Assembly: GCA_964545565.1 (NCBI GenBank)
Contig: CAZJGT010000001.1
Location: 5,401 to 60,165 of the forward strand
Origin: an uncultured Thermoleophilia bacterium
Lineage (GTDB): Bacteria > Actinomycetota > Thermoleophilia > UBA2241
Length of the DNA: 54,765 bases
Direction of reading: 5' to 3'
The stretch's first letter is position 1. Each line of letters begins with the position of its first letter. A program made the position numbers and the translations under genes. Below, piece by piece: positions 8,349 to 17,220 of the stretch. The notes beneath the pieces were generated by a model. That model did no database searches. It was not told the origin of the DNA and worked only from the letters and a program-made list of their open reading frames with translations.

Positions 8349-9605
8349 CTACGACCAGCGCGCCGGGGAGAGCTGAGCAAGGTCGACCGAGGGCGCTCGT
8401 CCTCCGGCCAGCTCCGCGACGAGCCGGCCTGTCACCGGTCCGAGAGAGAGCCCGAGCATGCAGTGGCCGCCGGCGACGATCACGCGCTCGCGGCCGGGCA
8501 GGCGACCGATGACGGGCAGGCCGTCCGGCGTCACCGGTCGCGGCCCGCGCCAGCGCTGCCGCACCGGGCCGTCCGCCGGCAGGCCGATGGCGCGCCGGGC
8601 GCCCTCCCTCAGGTAGGCGACACGCTTGGGCCGCACGCGCATGTCCCAGCCGGAGAGCTCCAGGGTGCTCCCCAGCCGCAGCGTGTCTCCCAGCGGGGTC
8701 AGGACGACATGCGCGTCGCCGAGATACAGCGGCATCTCCGGAAAGTCATCCGGTCGCTCGACATCGACGCTGTACCCCTTGGCCGGCTCGATCGGCAGAC
8801 GCAGACCAAGGGGGCCCGTGAGGGCCGGCGTCCAGGCGCCGGCCGCCAGCACCACCTGGCCGGCGGTGAAATCGCCGCGCGTCGTAAGCACGCGCACGCC
8901 CTCCGCCGCGGGCTCCAATGAGAGCGCCTCCGCGCCGGTGAGGACCTCCGCGCCGGCGCCCTCGGCCAGACCCGACACCGCCCTCGTGAAGCGCAGCGGG
9001 TCGAGGTGGCCGTCCTCGGGGAAGAGGACGGCGCCCGCCAGCTCGCAGTCCAGGGCCGGGAAGATCCGCTTGGCCTCCTCCGCCGTGAGCTCGTCGGCGC
9101 GCCCCCCGAGGGCCCTTGCTTGCTCCGCTTCTTCGCGCGCCGCGCTCATGCCGGCCGGCGTCTCGTAGACCTGCAGCACGCCGTCGTGATGGAAGTGCCA
9201 CTGCTCGCCGTTCTCCCGGGCGAGCTCGTCGTGCAGGTCGGCGCTTGCCACGTGCAGGGCGCGGAGGACGGGCATGGCTGCTCGGCATCGCTCGGCGAAG
9301 CAGGCGGCGTGGAACAGCCAGAGCCAGCGCGCCAGTGCCGGACTCGGTCGCGGCGCGATGTAGAACGGGCTCGAGCTGTCCAGCATCCAGCGGAGTCCCT
9401 GCCCGAGGACGCCGGGGACGGCCATCGGCGTCGTGTCGCTCGGCACGAGCAGGCCGCAGTTGGCATGCGCCCCGCTCGCCGGTGGGCAGACCTGCAGCTC
9501 TCTTTCAAGCAGGACGGTATGGGCGCCGGCCCTCGCCAGTTCGAGGGCGCAGCAGGCGCCGACCGGTCCCCCGCCCACCACGATGACATCGCTCGTTGCG
9601 TTCAC
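8349..9605 (-). CDS. FAD-dependent oxidoreductase (DAO family; D-amino-acid dehydrogenase or glycine oxidase-like)
   Basis: N-terminal dinucleotide fold DVIVVGGGPVGACCALELARAG and C-terminal VIVAGGHCMLGLSLGPVTG. GTG start with SD GAAAGGA. Confidence 0.85.
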   Translation of the reverse strand: MNATSDVIVVGGGPVGACCALELARAGAHTVLLERELQVCPPASGAHANCGLLVPSDTTPMAVPGVLGQGLRWMLDSSSPFYIAPRPSPALARWLWLFHAACFAERCRAAMPVLRALHVASADLHDELARENGEQWHFHHDGVLQVYETPAGMSAAREEAEQARALGGRADELTAEEAKRIFPALDCELAGAVLFPEDGHLDPLRFTRAVSGLAEGAGAEVLTGAEALSLEPAAEGVRVLTTRGDFTAGQVVLAAGAWTPALTGPLGLRLPIEPAKGYSVDVERPDDFPEMPLYLGDAHVVLTPLGDTLRLGSTLELSGWDMRVRPKRVAYLREGARRAIGLPADGPVRQRWRGPRPVTPDGLPVIGRLPGRERVIVAGGHCMLGLSLGPVTGRLVAELAGGRAPSVDLAQLSPARWS

Positions 9606-9664
9606 GTCCGTCCTTTCGCCGGCGACCGCGCCGGTACTCGGCTGTCTCCGAAGTAGCCCTCACG

Positions 9665-9696
9665 CTAACGAAGTCCTAACATCGCCTTGCTAGTGT
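9665..9696 (+). promoter_or_regulatory. Candidate Pho box (CTAAC-N6-CTAAC) plus -10 TAGTGT upstream of the phoP-like gene
   Basis: CTAAC occurs at 9665-9669 and 9676-9680 (11-bp period). TAGTGT at 9691-9696 follows exactly 10 nt after the second repeat. The pstS promoter has identical geometry. Confidence 0.5.
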
Positions 9697-9757
9697 ACGG
9701 CACGCTTTCGGGGGGGCGAGGTGTTGCTCGTCCCCTTCCGCGACTCCCGACACGGAT

Positions 9758-10465
9758 GTGACGATGGCCAGAGAGAATGTGCTCGTGGTCGACGACGAGC
9801 GGGACATCCTCGAGCTCGTCAAGTACAACCTGGACAAGGAAGGCTATCGCGTGACCGTGGTGGCCAGCGGCGAGGACGCCCTCTCTGCGACGCGGGCGAA
9901 GATGCCGGACCTCATCGTGCTCGATCTGATGCTGCCCGGGGTCGACGGCCTCGAAGTGTGCCGCCGCCTCAAGGCGGACGCCAAGACCCGTGCCATCCCC
10001 ATCGTGATGCTGACCGCCAAGGGCAGTGAGGCGGACGTCGTCACGGGGCTCGAGCTGGGAGCATCCGACTACATGACCAAGCCGTTCAGCCCGCGGGTCC
10101 TCACGGCCCGGATCCGGGCCGTGCTGCGCCGCGGGTCCGAGGCCGCCGACGACGAGGCGACGGTCCACATGAAGGGCCTCACCATCCATCCGGGACGGCA
10201 CCAGGTCCTCATCGGCGAGAAGCCCGTCGAGCTGACCGCCACCGAGTTCCGCATCCTGTTGTATCTGGCCAAACGGCCCGGCTGGGTGTTCACGAGACAG
10301 CAGATCGTCGACGCCGCGCAGGCGGACGACTCATTCGTCGGCGACCGCTTCGTGACCGACCGCTCCGTGGACGTGCACATCGTCTCGCTGCGCCGCAAGC
10401 TGGGGTGCTGCGGCGCCTACATCGAGACCGTGCGCGGCGTCGGGTATCGCCTGCAGGACCAGTGA
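9758..10465 (+). CDS. phoP: OmpR/PhoB-family response regulator (PhoP-like)
   Basis: VLVVDDERDILELV...LIVLDLMLPGVDG...KPFSPRVLTARIRAVLRR, then a winged-helix domain (TEFRILLYLAKRPGWVFTRQQI...VRGVGYRL). It heads the two-component pair directly upstream of pstSCAB-phoU. Confidence 0.9.
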   Translation: MTMARENVLVVDDERDILELVKYNLDKEGYRVTVVASGEDALSATRAKMPDLIVLDLMLPGVDGLEVCRRLKADAKTRAIPIVMLTAKGSEADVVTGLELGASDYMTKPFSPRVLTARIRAVLRRGSEAADDEATVHMKGLTIHPGRHQVLIGEKPVELTATEFRILLYLAKRPGWVFTRQQIVDAAQADDSFVGDRFVTDRSVDVHIVSLRRKLGCCGAYIETVRGVGYRLQDQ

Positions 10466-12264
10466 GCGTGCACAGGCCGCGGCTCTTCTGGCGCATCTAC
10501 GCCACCTACCTCGTCGTCATCATCCTCTGCACGGCCGCCATGGCGTTCTATGCCGGGCGCAGTGTGCGGACCTTCTACATCAAGCAGACGGAGTCGGAGT
10601 TGCTTGCGCGCGCCCAGCTCGTTCGCGAGGAGATCGCGGCGCGGGGCGCGACTCTGGGTCCTGCCGATCTCCAGGCTCTCGTCGACCGGCTCGGCGACGC
10701 CTCCGGCACACGGCTGACCGTCATCGCGGCGGACATGCCGGGCACGCCGATCGGCACCGCCCTCGCCGACTCGGACGCGGACCCGGCGAAGATGCCGAAC
10801 CACGGCGCCCGGACTGAGTTCGAGAGGGCCCTGGCGACGTCCTCCGGCGCTGCCATCCACTACAGCATCGAGCTGGGCAAGCGCATGATCTACGTCGCGG
10901 TTCCCGCCAAGGAGGGCGACCGCGTCGCCACCGTGGTGCGTGCGGCCATCCCGCTGACGAGCGTCAATGATGCTCTGATGACACTGTACGGCCGCATCGC
11001 TCTGAGCGCGGTCGTCGTCGCAGTTCTCGCCGCCCTCATCGGGTTGTACGTCACGCGACGGATCAGCGCGCCGATCCGTGAGATCCAGATCGGCGCTGAG
11101 CGGCTCGCCGCGGGGGACTTCACGCACAGGCTCTTCGTGCCGCGTACGGAGGAGTTCGCGTCCGTCGCCGAGAGCCTGAACCGCATGGCGGAGGAGCTCG
11201 ACGACAAGCTGCGCACGCTCACGCATGAGCGCAACGAGCGAGAGGCAGTGCTGTCGAGCATGGTGGAAGGCGTCCTTGCGGTGGACACCGAAGAGCGCAT
11301 CATCGCGGTGAACGCCGCTGCCGCCCGCCTGCTCGACACCGAGCCGGCGGCGGCTGAGGGCAGGACGATCCAGGAGGTCGTGCGCAACCCCGACCTGCAG
11401 TACGTGGTCGCCCAGACACTCGACGGGCACAAGCCGGTCGAGGCCGACATCGTCGTCCGTGTAGGCGTCGAGGATCGCAACCTGCAGGCGAACGGAACGC
11501 TGCTGTACGGCGACGACGACGGGGACGAGGTCGGCGCGGTCGTCGTGCTCAACGACGTGACACGGCTCAAGCGGCTCGAGGCGGTGCGCCGCGACTTCGT
11601 CGCCAACGTCTCTCACGAGCTGAAGACGCCGGTGACGTCCATCAAAGGCTTCGCCGAGACGCTCGAGGACGGCGCCCTCGACGATCCGCCGGCGGCGCAT
11701 CGCTTCGTGCGCATCATCGCCGGCCAGGCCGATCGCCTGAACTCGATCATCGAGGACCTCCTGGCGCTGTCGGCGCTGGAGCAGTCGGCCGACGGCCCCC
11801 TTCTCCAGCTCGAAGACGCCGATCTCTGCGACGTGGTCGCCGCGGCGCTCGAGGTCTGCGGCCCCAAGGCGGAGGCGAAGAGCATCGACCTGAGCGAGGA
11901 GTGCCCGGGGCGTCTGCTCGCGCGCGTGAGTCCGCCGCTGCTCGAGCAAGCCGTGGTCAATCTCGTCGACAACGCGGTCAAGTACAGCCCCGACGAGGGC
12001 GTCGTGGTCGTCAGGCTCAAGGAGGGAGGCGACGAGATCGTCGTCAGCGTCACCGACGCGGGCCAGGGGATCGCGCGCGAGCACCTGCCGCGTCTCTTCG
12101 AGCGGTTCTACCGGGTTGACAAGGCCCGCAGTCGCGATCTCGGCGGCACCGGCCTTGGGCTTGCGATCGTGAAACACATCGCCCAGATCCATGGCGGACG
12201 CGTCTCCGTTGAAAGCGTGGTCGGCGGCGGGAGCACGTTCCGCGTCCACCTGCCCCGTTCCTGA
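10462..12264 (+). CDS. phoR: Sensor histidine kinase, PhoR-like (2 TM, HAMP, PAS, HisKA, HATPase)
   Basis: H-box SHELKTPVTSIKGF, N-box NLVDNAVKYS, G-boxes TDAGQGI and GGTGLGLAIVKHI. I prefer the GTG at 10462 (GTGA overlap with the regulator stop) over the upstream start at 10405 in the ORF track. Confidence 0.85.
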   Translation: MSVHRPRLFWRIYATYLVVIILCTAAMAFYAGRSVRTFYIKQTESELLARAQLVREEIAARGATLGPADLQALVDRLGDASGTRLTVIAADMPGTPIGTALADSDADPAKMPNHGARTEFERALATSSGAAIHYSIELGKRMIYVAVPAKEGDRVATVVRAAIPLTSVNDALMTLYGRIALSAVVVAVLAALIGLYVTRRISAPIREIQIGAERLAAGDFTHRLFVPRTEEFASVAESLNRMAEELDDKLRTLTHERNEREAVLSSMVEGVLAVDTEERIIAVNAAAARLLDTEPAAAEGRTIQEVVRNPDLQYVVAQTLDGHKPVEADIVVRVGVEDRNLQANGTLLYGDDDGDEVGAVVVLNDVTRLKRLEAVRRDFVANVSHELKTPVTSIKGFAETLEDGALDDPPAAHRFVRIIAGQADRLNSIIEDLLALSALEQSADGPLLQLEDADLCDVVAAALEVCGPKAEAKSIDLSEECPGRLLARVSPPLLEQAVVNLVDNAVKYSPDEGVVVVRLKEGGDEIVVSVTDAGQGIAREHLPRLFERFYRVDKARSRDLGGTGLGLAIVKHIAQIHGGRVSVESVVGGGSTFRVHLPRS

Positions 12265-12293
12265 TCGCGGCCGTCATCGTCCTTCGCGCCCAT

Positions 12294-12336
12294 CTGACTC
12301 TTCGCTAACCGTCCGCTAACGCGCGCCGGGTAGGTT
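12294..12336 (+). promoter_or_regulatory. Candidate Pho boxes (CTGAC-N6-CTAAC-N6-CTAAC) plus -10 TAGGTT upstream of pstS
   Basis: Repeats occur at 12294, 12305 and 12316 (11-bp period). TAGGTT at 12331-12336 follows 10 nt after the last repeat, the same spacing as at 9665-9696. Confidence 0.5.
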
Positions 12337-12413
12337 CCGTATCCGGCGTCGACTTCGTGGCATCGTCAGCCAGGTCGACACGCGAACGCTCAGACGCGAA
12401 AGCGAGGTCACGA

Positions 12414-13511
12414 ATGAAGGGATCCGCAAGTCCGAGGCACCCTTGGGTGATCGTAGCCGTCGCGGCGCTGATCGCGACGGCGCTTGCGGTCTCCGCCTGC
12501 GGCGCGAACGGCGCGTCCGACGCAGCGTCCCCTGCTGCCGCCGACACCATCATCGGCGCCGGCGCGAGCTTCCCGTACCCGCTGTACTCCAAGTGGGGCG
12601 AGGAGCACGCTGCGACGGGCGGCGCGAAGCTCAACTACCAGTCGATCGGCTCCGGCGGCGGCATCTCGGCCGTCAGAGCGAAGACGGTCGACTTCGGCGC
12701 TTCGGACGCTCCGCTTGAGCAGACCGAGCTCGACGAAAGCGGCCTCGCGCAGTTCCCGCTCTGCGTCGGAGGAGTCGTGCCGGTCGTCAATCTCGAGGGC
12801 GTCGCGGACGGCCAGCTCAAGCTGACCGCCGGCCTGCTCGCGAAGATCTTCAACGGCGACATCACGATGTGGAACGACCAGGCGATCGCCGTCGAGAATG
12901 CCGGTGTCCCGCTGCCGGACACGAGGATCAACGTCGTGCATCGCTCGGACAGCTCGGGCACCACATGGATCTTCACCAACTACCTCGCCGCCGCGGCTCC
13001 GGGCGCGTGGAAGGCCGGCGCGGATAAGGAGGTCCCGTGGCCGACCGGCGTCGGCGGCAAGGGCAACGAGGGCGTCGCCGCGAGCGTGCAACAACTGAAC
13101 GGCTCTATCGGATACGTCGAGTACGCCTACGCCAAGCAGGCGCAGATGACCGCCGTTCAGCTGCAGAACAAGGACGGCGAGTTCGTGGCGCCGAGCCTCG
13201 AAGCCTTTGAGGCCGCGGTCGCGGCGGCCGACTGGAAGGCCACCCTGCCGAGCATGTACCTGATCCTCGTCGACCAGCCGGGTGCTGCAACGTGGCCCAT
13301 CGCGGGCGCCTCGTTCATCCTCGTGCGGAGGGAGCAGACCGACGCTGCTCGCGCCGACGCCATGCTGAGGTTCTTCGACTGGTGCTATACGAACGGCGCC
13401 GCGACGGCCACGAGACTCGACTATGTGGCGATCCCGCAGAACGTCTACGACCTCGTCCGGGCCGACGTGTGGGGCGGCATCACCGCGGCAGGCACCCCTG
13501 TCTGGCAATGA
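12414..13511 (+). CDS. pstS: Phosphate ABC transporter substrate-binding lipoprotein
   Basis: Signal peptide with lipobox MKGSASPRHPWVIVAVAALIATALAVSAC, then GAGASFPYPLYSKWGEE...YQSIGSGGGI...DFGASDAPL. I prefer ATG 12414 over the upstream start at 12357. Confidence 0.9.
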   Translation: MKGSASPRHPWVIVAVAALIATALAVSACGANGASDAASPAAADTIIGAGASFPYPLYSKWGEEHAATGGAKLNYQSIGSGGGISAVRAKTVDFGASDAPLEQTELDESGLAQFPLCVGGVVPVVNLEGVADGQLKLTAGLLAKIFNGDITMWNDQAIAVENAGVPLPDTRINVVHRSDSSGTTWIFTNYLAAAAPGAWKAGADKEVPWPTGVGGKGNEGVAASVQQLNGSIGYVEYAYAKQAQMTAVQLQNKDGEFVAPSLEAFEAAVAAADWKATLPSMYLILVDQPGAATWPIAGASFILVRREQTDAARADAMLRFFDWCYTNGAATATRLDYVAIPQNVYDLVRADVWGGITAAGTPVWQ

Positions 13512-13548
13512 TCGAGAGACGCTGATCCGAGCTCCGGGGGCAGGAACC

Positions 13549-14559
13549 GTGAGAACGGTCAAGACCGAGTACCTGGCCGGCCCGAGAGACTCGCACGACG
13601 CCGCCAAAGCGGCGTCGCGCGGCCGTCTCCGGCTGGGCGATCCCATCTTCCGAGTCGTCGCTACCGCCTGTGGCCTCGCCGTCGCGGTGGCGATGTCCGG
13701 GCTGACGGCCGTCCTCGTCTTCAATTCGTGGCCGGCCATCATTGGCCTGAAGACACAAGTCCTGACGACGGTGGCGTGGTCGCCGAGCAGTGGTCAGTAC
13801 GGCGCTCTCGCGGCACTCGCCGGGACGGCGCTCTCGACCGTCGTCGCCATGGTCATCGCGGTGCCGCTCGCGCTCGTCATCGCGCTGTTGCTGGTCGAGC
13901 TCGTCCACCCGACGGTGGGCAAGGTCGTGGGCATGGCGGTCGAGATGCTCGCCGCCATTCCCAGCATCATCTTCGGCATGGTGGGCCTCTTCGTCGTCGT
14001 GCCGTTCATGCAGGAGACGGTCGTGCCCTGGATCGTGGAGTCGCCGCTGGGGAGCATCCCGGGGATCAAGCCCGGCCCGACGTTCCAAGGCGGCGGCCTG
14101 AGCGTCCTCACCACCGGCATCGTCCTCGCATTCATGGTGCTCCCGTACATCACCGCGGTCTCGCGCGACGTGTTGCGCATGGTCCCTCAAGTGACCAAAG
14201 AGGCCGGCTACGGCATGGGTTCCACGACATGGGAGGTCCTGAGGAGGATCAGCCTGCGATACGCCAATAGCGGCATCGTCGGCGCCGTCTTCATCGGTCT
14301 CGGCCGAGCGTTGGGCGAGACGATGGCCGTCGCCTTCATCATCGGCAGCGTCTACACGGACCTGCCCCGCTCGCTGCTCGACCCGGGCACGACGATCGCC
14401 TCACTGATCGCCAATACCTTCAACGAGGCAACCGACGAGATCCAGGTCGCCGCGCTCATCGAGCTCGGCCTCGTCCTCTTCGTCGTCACCATGGCGTTTC
14501 AGTTCATCGCCCAGGCGTGGTTGCGCCGGGTCCAGCGGACGACGGGAGGCCGGGCATGA
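13549..14559 (+). CDS. pstC: Phosphate ABC transporter permease PstC
   Basis: Six-TM permease with the EAA-type loop (VLPYITAVSRDVLRMVPQVTKEAGYGMGSTTWEV). GTG 13549 is the first start downstream of the pstS stop. Confidence 0.85.
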   Translation: MRTVKTEYLAGPRDSHDAAKAASRGRLRLGDPIFRVVATACGLAVAVAMSGLTAVLVFNSWPAIIGLKTQVLTTVAWSPSSGQYGALAALAGTALSTVVAMVIAVPLALVIALLLVELVHPTVGKVVGMAVEMLAAIPSIIFGMVGLFVVVPFMQETVVPWIVESPLGSIPGIKPGPTFQGGGLSVLTTGIVLAFMVLPYITAVSRDVLRMVPQVTKEAGYGMGSTTWEVLRRISLRYANSGIVGAVFIGLGRALGETMAVAFIIGSVYTDLPRSLLDPGTTIASLIANTFNEATDEIQVAALIELGLVLFVVTMAFQFIAQAWLRRVQRTTGGRA

Positions 14560-15467
14560 GCACCATGGCGCAGACAGGGAGCACGACCGCGCCGCTCCGT
14601 CGCCGTTCGGTCGCGCGGCGAAAGGCAGTCGACCTGGTCATCAAGGTGCTCGCCTGGATCGGAGCCTGGTTCGGCATCGCCGTGATGGCCTTCGTCGTCT
14701 ACGAGGTCGTCGCCCGCGGCATCACGGCGATCAGCTGGAGCTTCTTCACCCAGTCCACGCCGCAGGACGTCACTTCAGCGAGCGGCGGACTCGCCAACGC
14801 GATGGTAGGGACTCTGGTGATCACCCTGGTGGCCGCCGCCATCGGCATCCCGACGGGGTTCTTCGGCGGCATCTACCTTGCCGAGTTCGGCCGTAACGGG
14901 CGCGTGGCGACGGCAGTGCGGATGATCGCCAACGTCGTCATGGGCGTGCCGTCGATCATCGTCGGCGTGTTCGCCTTTGCGATCATGGTGAGGCCGGTCG
15001 AGCACTATTCCGGCTTCGCCGGCTCCATCGCCCTCGCCTTCATCATGCTTCCCGTGATGGCGCGCACCACGGAGGACATCCTCAATCTGGTGCCCAACGA
15101 GTTGCGCGAATCAGGGCTGGCGATGGGGGCGCCGCGCTGGAAGGTCACGCTCGGCGTGGTCTGCAGAGCGGCGCGCGGCGGACTGATCACCGGCGCGACC
15201 CTGGCAGTCGTACGCGTCGCCGGCGAGACGGCGCCGCTCCTCTTCACCGCGCTCAGCAGCCCGTACTGGATCAGCGGGCTGACGGGATCGGGTGGCTTCT
15301 TCGGGGGCCCGGTCTCCAACCTCACCAAGACGATCTACGACCTGGCCGGAACCCCGTATCCGGCTTGGCAGAGCCTCGCGTGGGGCGGGGCGCTCGTGAT
15401 CATCGTGGCCGTGCTCGGGATGAACCTGCTCGTGCGGCTGCTCTTCCAGCGAGGCAAGGAATGGTAG
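14556..15467 (+). CDS. pstA: Phosphate ABC transporter permease PstA
   Basis: [34 protein letters not shown]. The start forms an ATGA overlap with the pstC stop. Confidence 0.9.
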   Translation: MSTMAQTGSTTAPLRRRSVARRKAVDLVIKVLAWIGAWFGIAVMAFVVYEVVARGITAISWSFFTQSTPQDVTSASGGLANAMVGTLVITLVAAAIGIPTGFFGGIYLAEFGRNGRVATAVRMIANVVMGVPSIIVGVFAFAIMVRPVEHYSGFAGSIALAFIMLPVMARTTEDILNLVPNELRESGLAMGAPRWKVTLGVVCRAARGGLITGATLAVVRVAGETAPLLFTALSSPYWISGLTGSGGFFGGPVSNLTKTIYDLAGTPYPAWQSLAWGGALVIIVAVLGMNLLVRLLFQRGKEW

Positions 15468-16330
15468 GGACGACCGTGAACGAAGAGACACAGACATACG
15501 CGTCGGCGACCGTCGTGCCGCCCCGGCTTGAAGCTGCCGAGGCGCGTCGCGGCGTCGACGAGGACTTCGACGCTCTCCTGAGCCAGATCTCGGTGCGACA
15601 CCTCGACTTCTTCTACGGTAAGTCGCAGGCGCTCTTCGACAACCAGATCGAGATCAAGAAGAATCGCGTCACGGCGGTCATCGGGCCTTCGGGTTGCGGC
15701 AAGTCTACGCACATCCGGGCGTACAACCGGATCTTCAACCTCTACCGCGACCAGCGGGCGACGGGCGAGATCCTGATGGACGGCGTGGACCTCCTGGCGC
15801 CGCAGACGGACCTCCTTGAGCTGCGGCGTCGTATCGGCATGATCTTCCAGAAGCCCAGCCCGTTCCCGATGACCGTGTTCGACAACGTTGCCTACGGACT
15901 GCGCCAGCACTATCGCCTCGGCCGGTCGGAGCTCTCGGACCGGGTCGAGGATGCGCTCAAGCGCTCGGCGATCTGGGACGAGGTCAGGCACAAGCTGAAC
16001 GACCCGGGCAACGCGCTGAGCGGCGGTCAGCAGCAGCGCCTTTGCATCGCCCGCGCGATCGCCGCTGAACCCGAGGTGTTGCTCATGGACGAGCCGTGCT
16101 CGGCCATCGACCCCGTCGGCACGGCGAAGATCGAGGAGCTGATCCTCCAGCTCAAGAGCAACTACACGATCGTGCTCGTCACCCACAACATGCAGCAGGC
16201 CGCCCGCGTGAGCGACTACACCGCGTTCTTCTTCGAAGGCAACATCGTCGAGTTCGGACCGACGACGCAGATCTTCTCCAATCCGGCGCGGAAACAGACC
16301 GAGGAATACATCACCGGCCGGTTCGGCTGA
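15461..16330 (+). CDS. pstB: Phosphate ABC transporter ATPase PstB
   Basis: Walker [10 protein letters not shown], signature [14 protein letters not shown], Walker [15 protein letters not shown] 15461 overlaps the pstA stop. Confidence 0.9.
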   Translation: MVGTTVNEETQTYASATVVPPRLEAAEARRGVDEDFDALLSQISVRHLDFFYGKSQALFDNQIEIKKNRVTAVIGPSGCGKSTHIRAYNRIFNLYRDQRATGEILMDGVDLLAPQTDLLELRRRIGMIFQKPSPFPMTVFDNVAYGLRQHYRLGRSELSDRVEDALKRSAIWDEVRHKLNDPGNALSGGQQQRLCIARAIAAEPEVLLMDEPCSAIDPVGTAKIEELILQLKSNYTIVLVTHNMQQAARVSDYTAFFFEGNIVEFGPTTQIFSNPARKQTEEYITGRFG

Positions 16331-16344
16331 GCCGCGGAGGCATT

Positions 16345-17067
16345 ATGAGACATCTGCAACGAGAAACAGAGAGGCTGAAGCGCAAGATCCTGGCGCTCGG
16401 CGCGCTCGTGGAGGAGAACCTGCGCCTCGCCTTCCAGGCGATCGAGATGCGCGACGCCGCCAAGGCCCGTCGTGTGATCGCGACGGACGCCCTGGTCGAC
16501 CAGCACGAGGTCGACGTCGAGGAAGACTGCCTCAAGATCCTGGCGCTCTACCAGCCGGTCGCGGGCGACCTGAGGTTCGTCGCCGCCGTCATCAAGATCA
16601 ACAGCGAGATGGAACGGATCGGCGACCTCGCCGCGAACATCGCCGAGCGGGCGCTGCAGCTCCTCGACGAGCCGCCCGTGCCTGTGCCTCACGGCGTCGC
16701 CGTGATGGCCGACCGCACGGAGACCATCTTGGAGAAAGCGCTCGACGCGCTCGTCCGTCAGGATGCCGTGACGGCACGGGAGGTGCTGGTCGCCGACGAC
16801 GAGATCGACGAGCTCTACGCGGCGCTGATCGACCAGCTCAAATCCGAGATCCGAGCAGATCTCGAGCATCTCGACCCCATCGTTCTGCTGTTCAGCGTGG
16901 CCCGGTATCTGGAGCGGCTGGCGGACCACGCCACCAACATCGCCGAGGATGTGCTCTACATGGTCGAGGGCGAGATCCAGCGGCACAACCAGCCGCCGGT
17001 GGCTCCCGGGACCGCCGAGGAGCTGCTCCAACTGCGCGAGTCGGGGCTCGGCGACGAGGCGATGTGA
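16345..17067 (+). CDS. phoU: Phosphate signalling regulator PhoU
   Basis: MRHLQRETERLKRKILALGALVEENL... with two PhoU repeats (E(I/M)ERIGD and LERLADHATNIAE). SD GGAGG lies 5 nt upstream. Confidence 0.9.
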   Translation: MRHLQRETERLKRKILALGALVEENLRLAFQAIEMRDAAKARRVIATDALVDQHEVDVEEDCLKILALYQPVAGDLRFVAAVIKINSEMERIGDLAANIAERALQLLDEPPVPVPHGVAVMADRTETILEKALDALVRQDAVTAREVLVADDEIDELYAALIDQLKSEIRADLEHLDPIVLLFSVARYLERLADHATNIAEDVLYMVEGEIQRHNQPPVAPGTAEELLQLRESGLGDEAM

Positions 17068-17091
17068 CGCGCTGCCGACCTGACACCCCGT

Positions 17092-17134
17092 CCGCCTCCC
17101 GGTGGCCGGCCCTGCGCCGGTCGGTGGAAGGCGG
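17092..17134 (+). terminator. Imperfect 19-bp hairpin after phoU (terminator candidate)
   Basis: CCGCCTCCCGGTGGCCGGC-cctgc-GCCGGTCGGTGGAAGGCGG has 2 mismatches and 3 G-U pairs. It starts 25 nt after the phoU stop. No clear U tract. Confidence 0.45.
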
Positions 17135-17220
17135 AAGGCGGCCCCGACCGACCCCCTACCAGAGCAAGGCCGTCGCGCGTACACGGAGTCCGCTCGTCTG
17201 GCGGCCCGGCTCGGGGTCGG

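Noticed and set aside
9606-9757. Glycine riboswitch upstream of the DAO-family oxidase gene
   Set aside because: The minus-strand leader has no GGAGAG...ACCGAAGGGGCAA-type elements. The spacer is instead occupied by the candidate Pho box for the opposite gene.
10417-12249. 610-aa ORF antisense to the phoR-like kinase gene
   Set aside because: It mirrors a gene with clear kinase motifs. Its translation is Arg/Asp/Gly/His-rich with no motif, the usual stop-poor antisense frame of GC-rich DNA.
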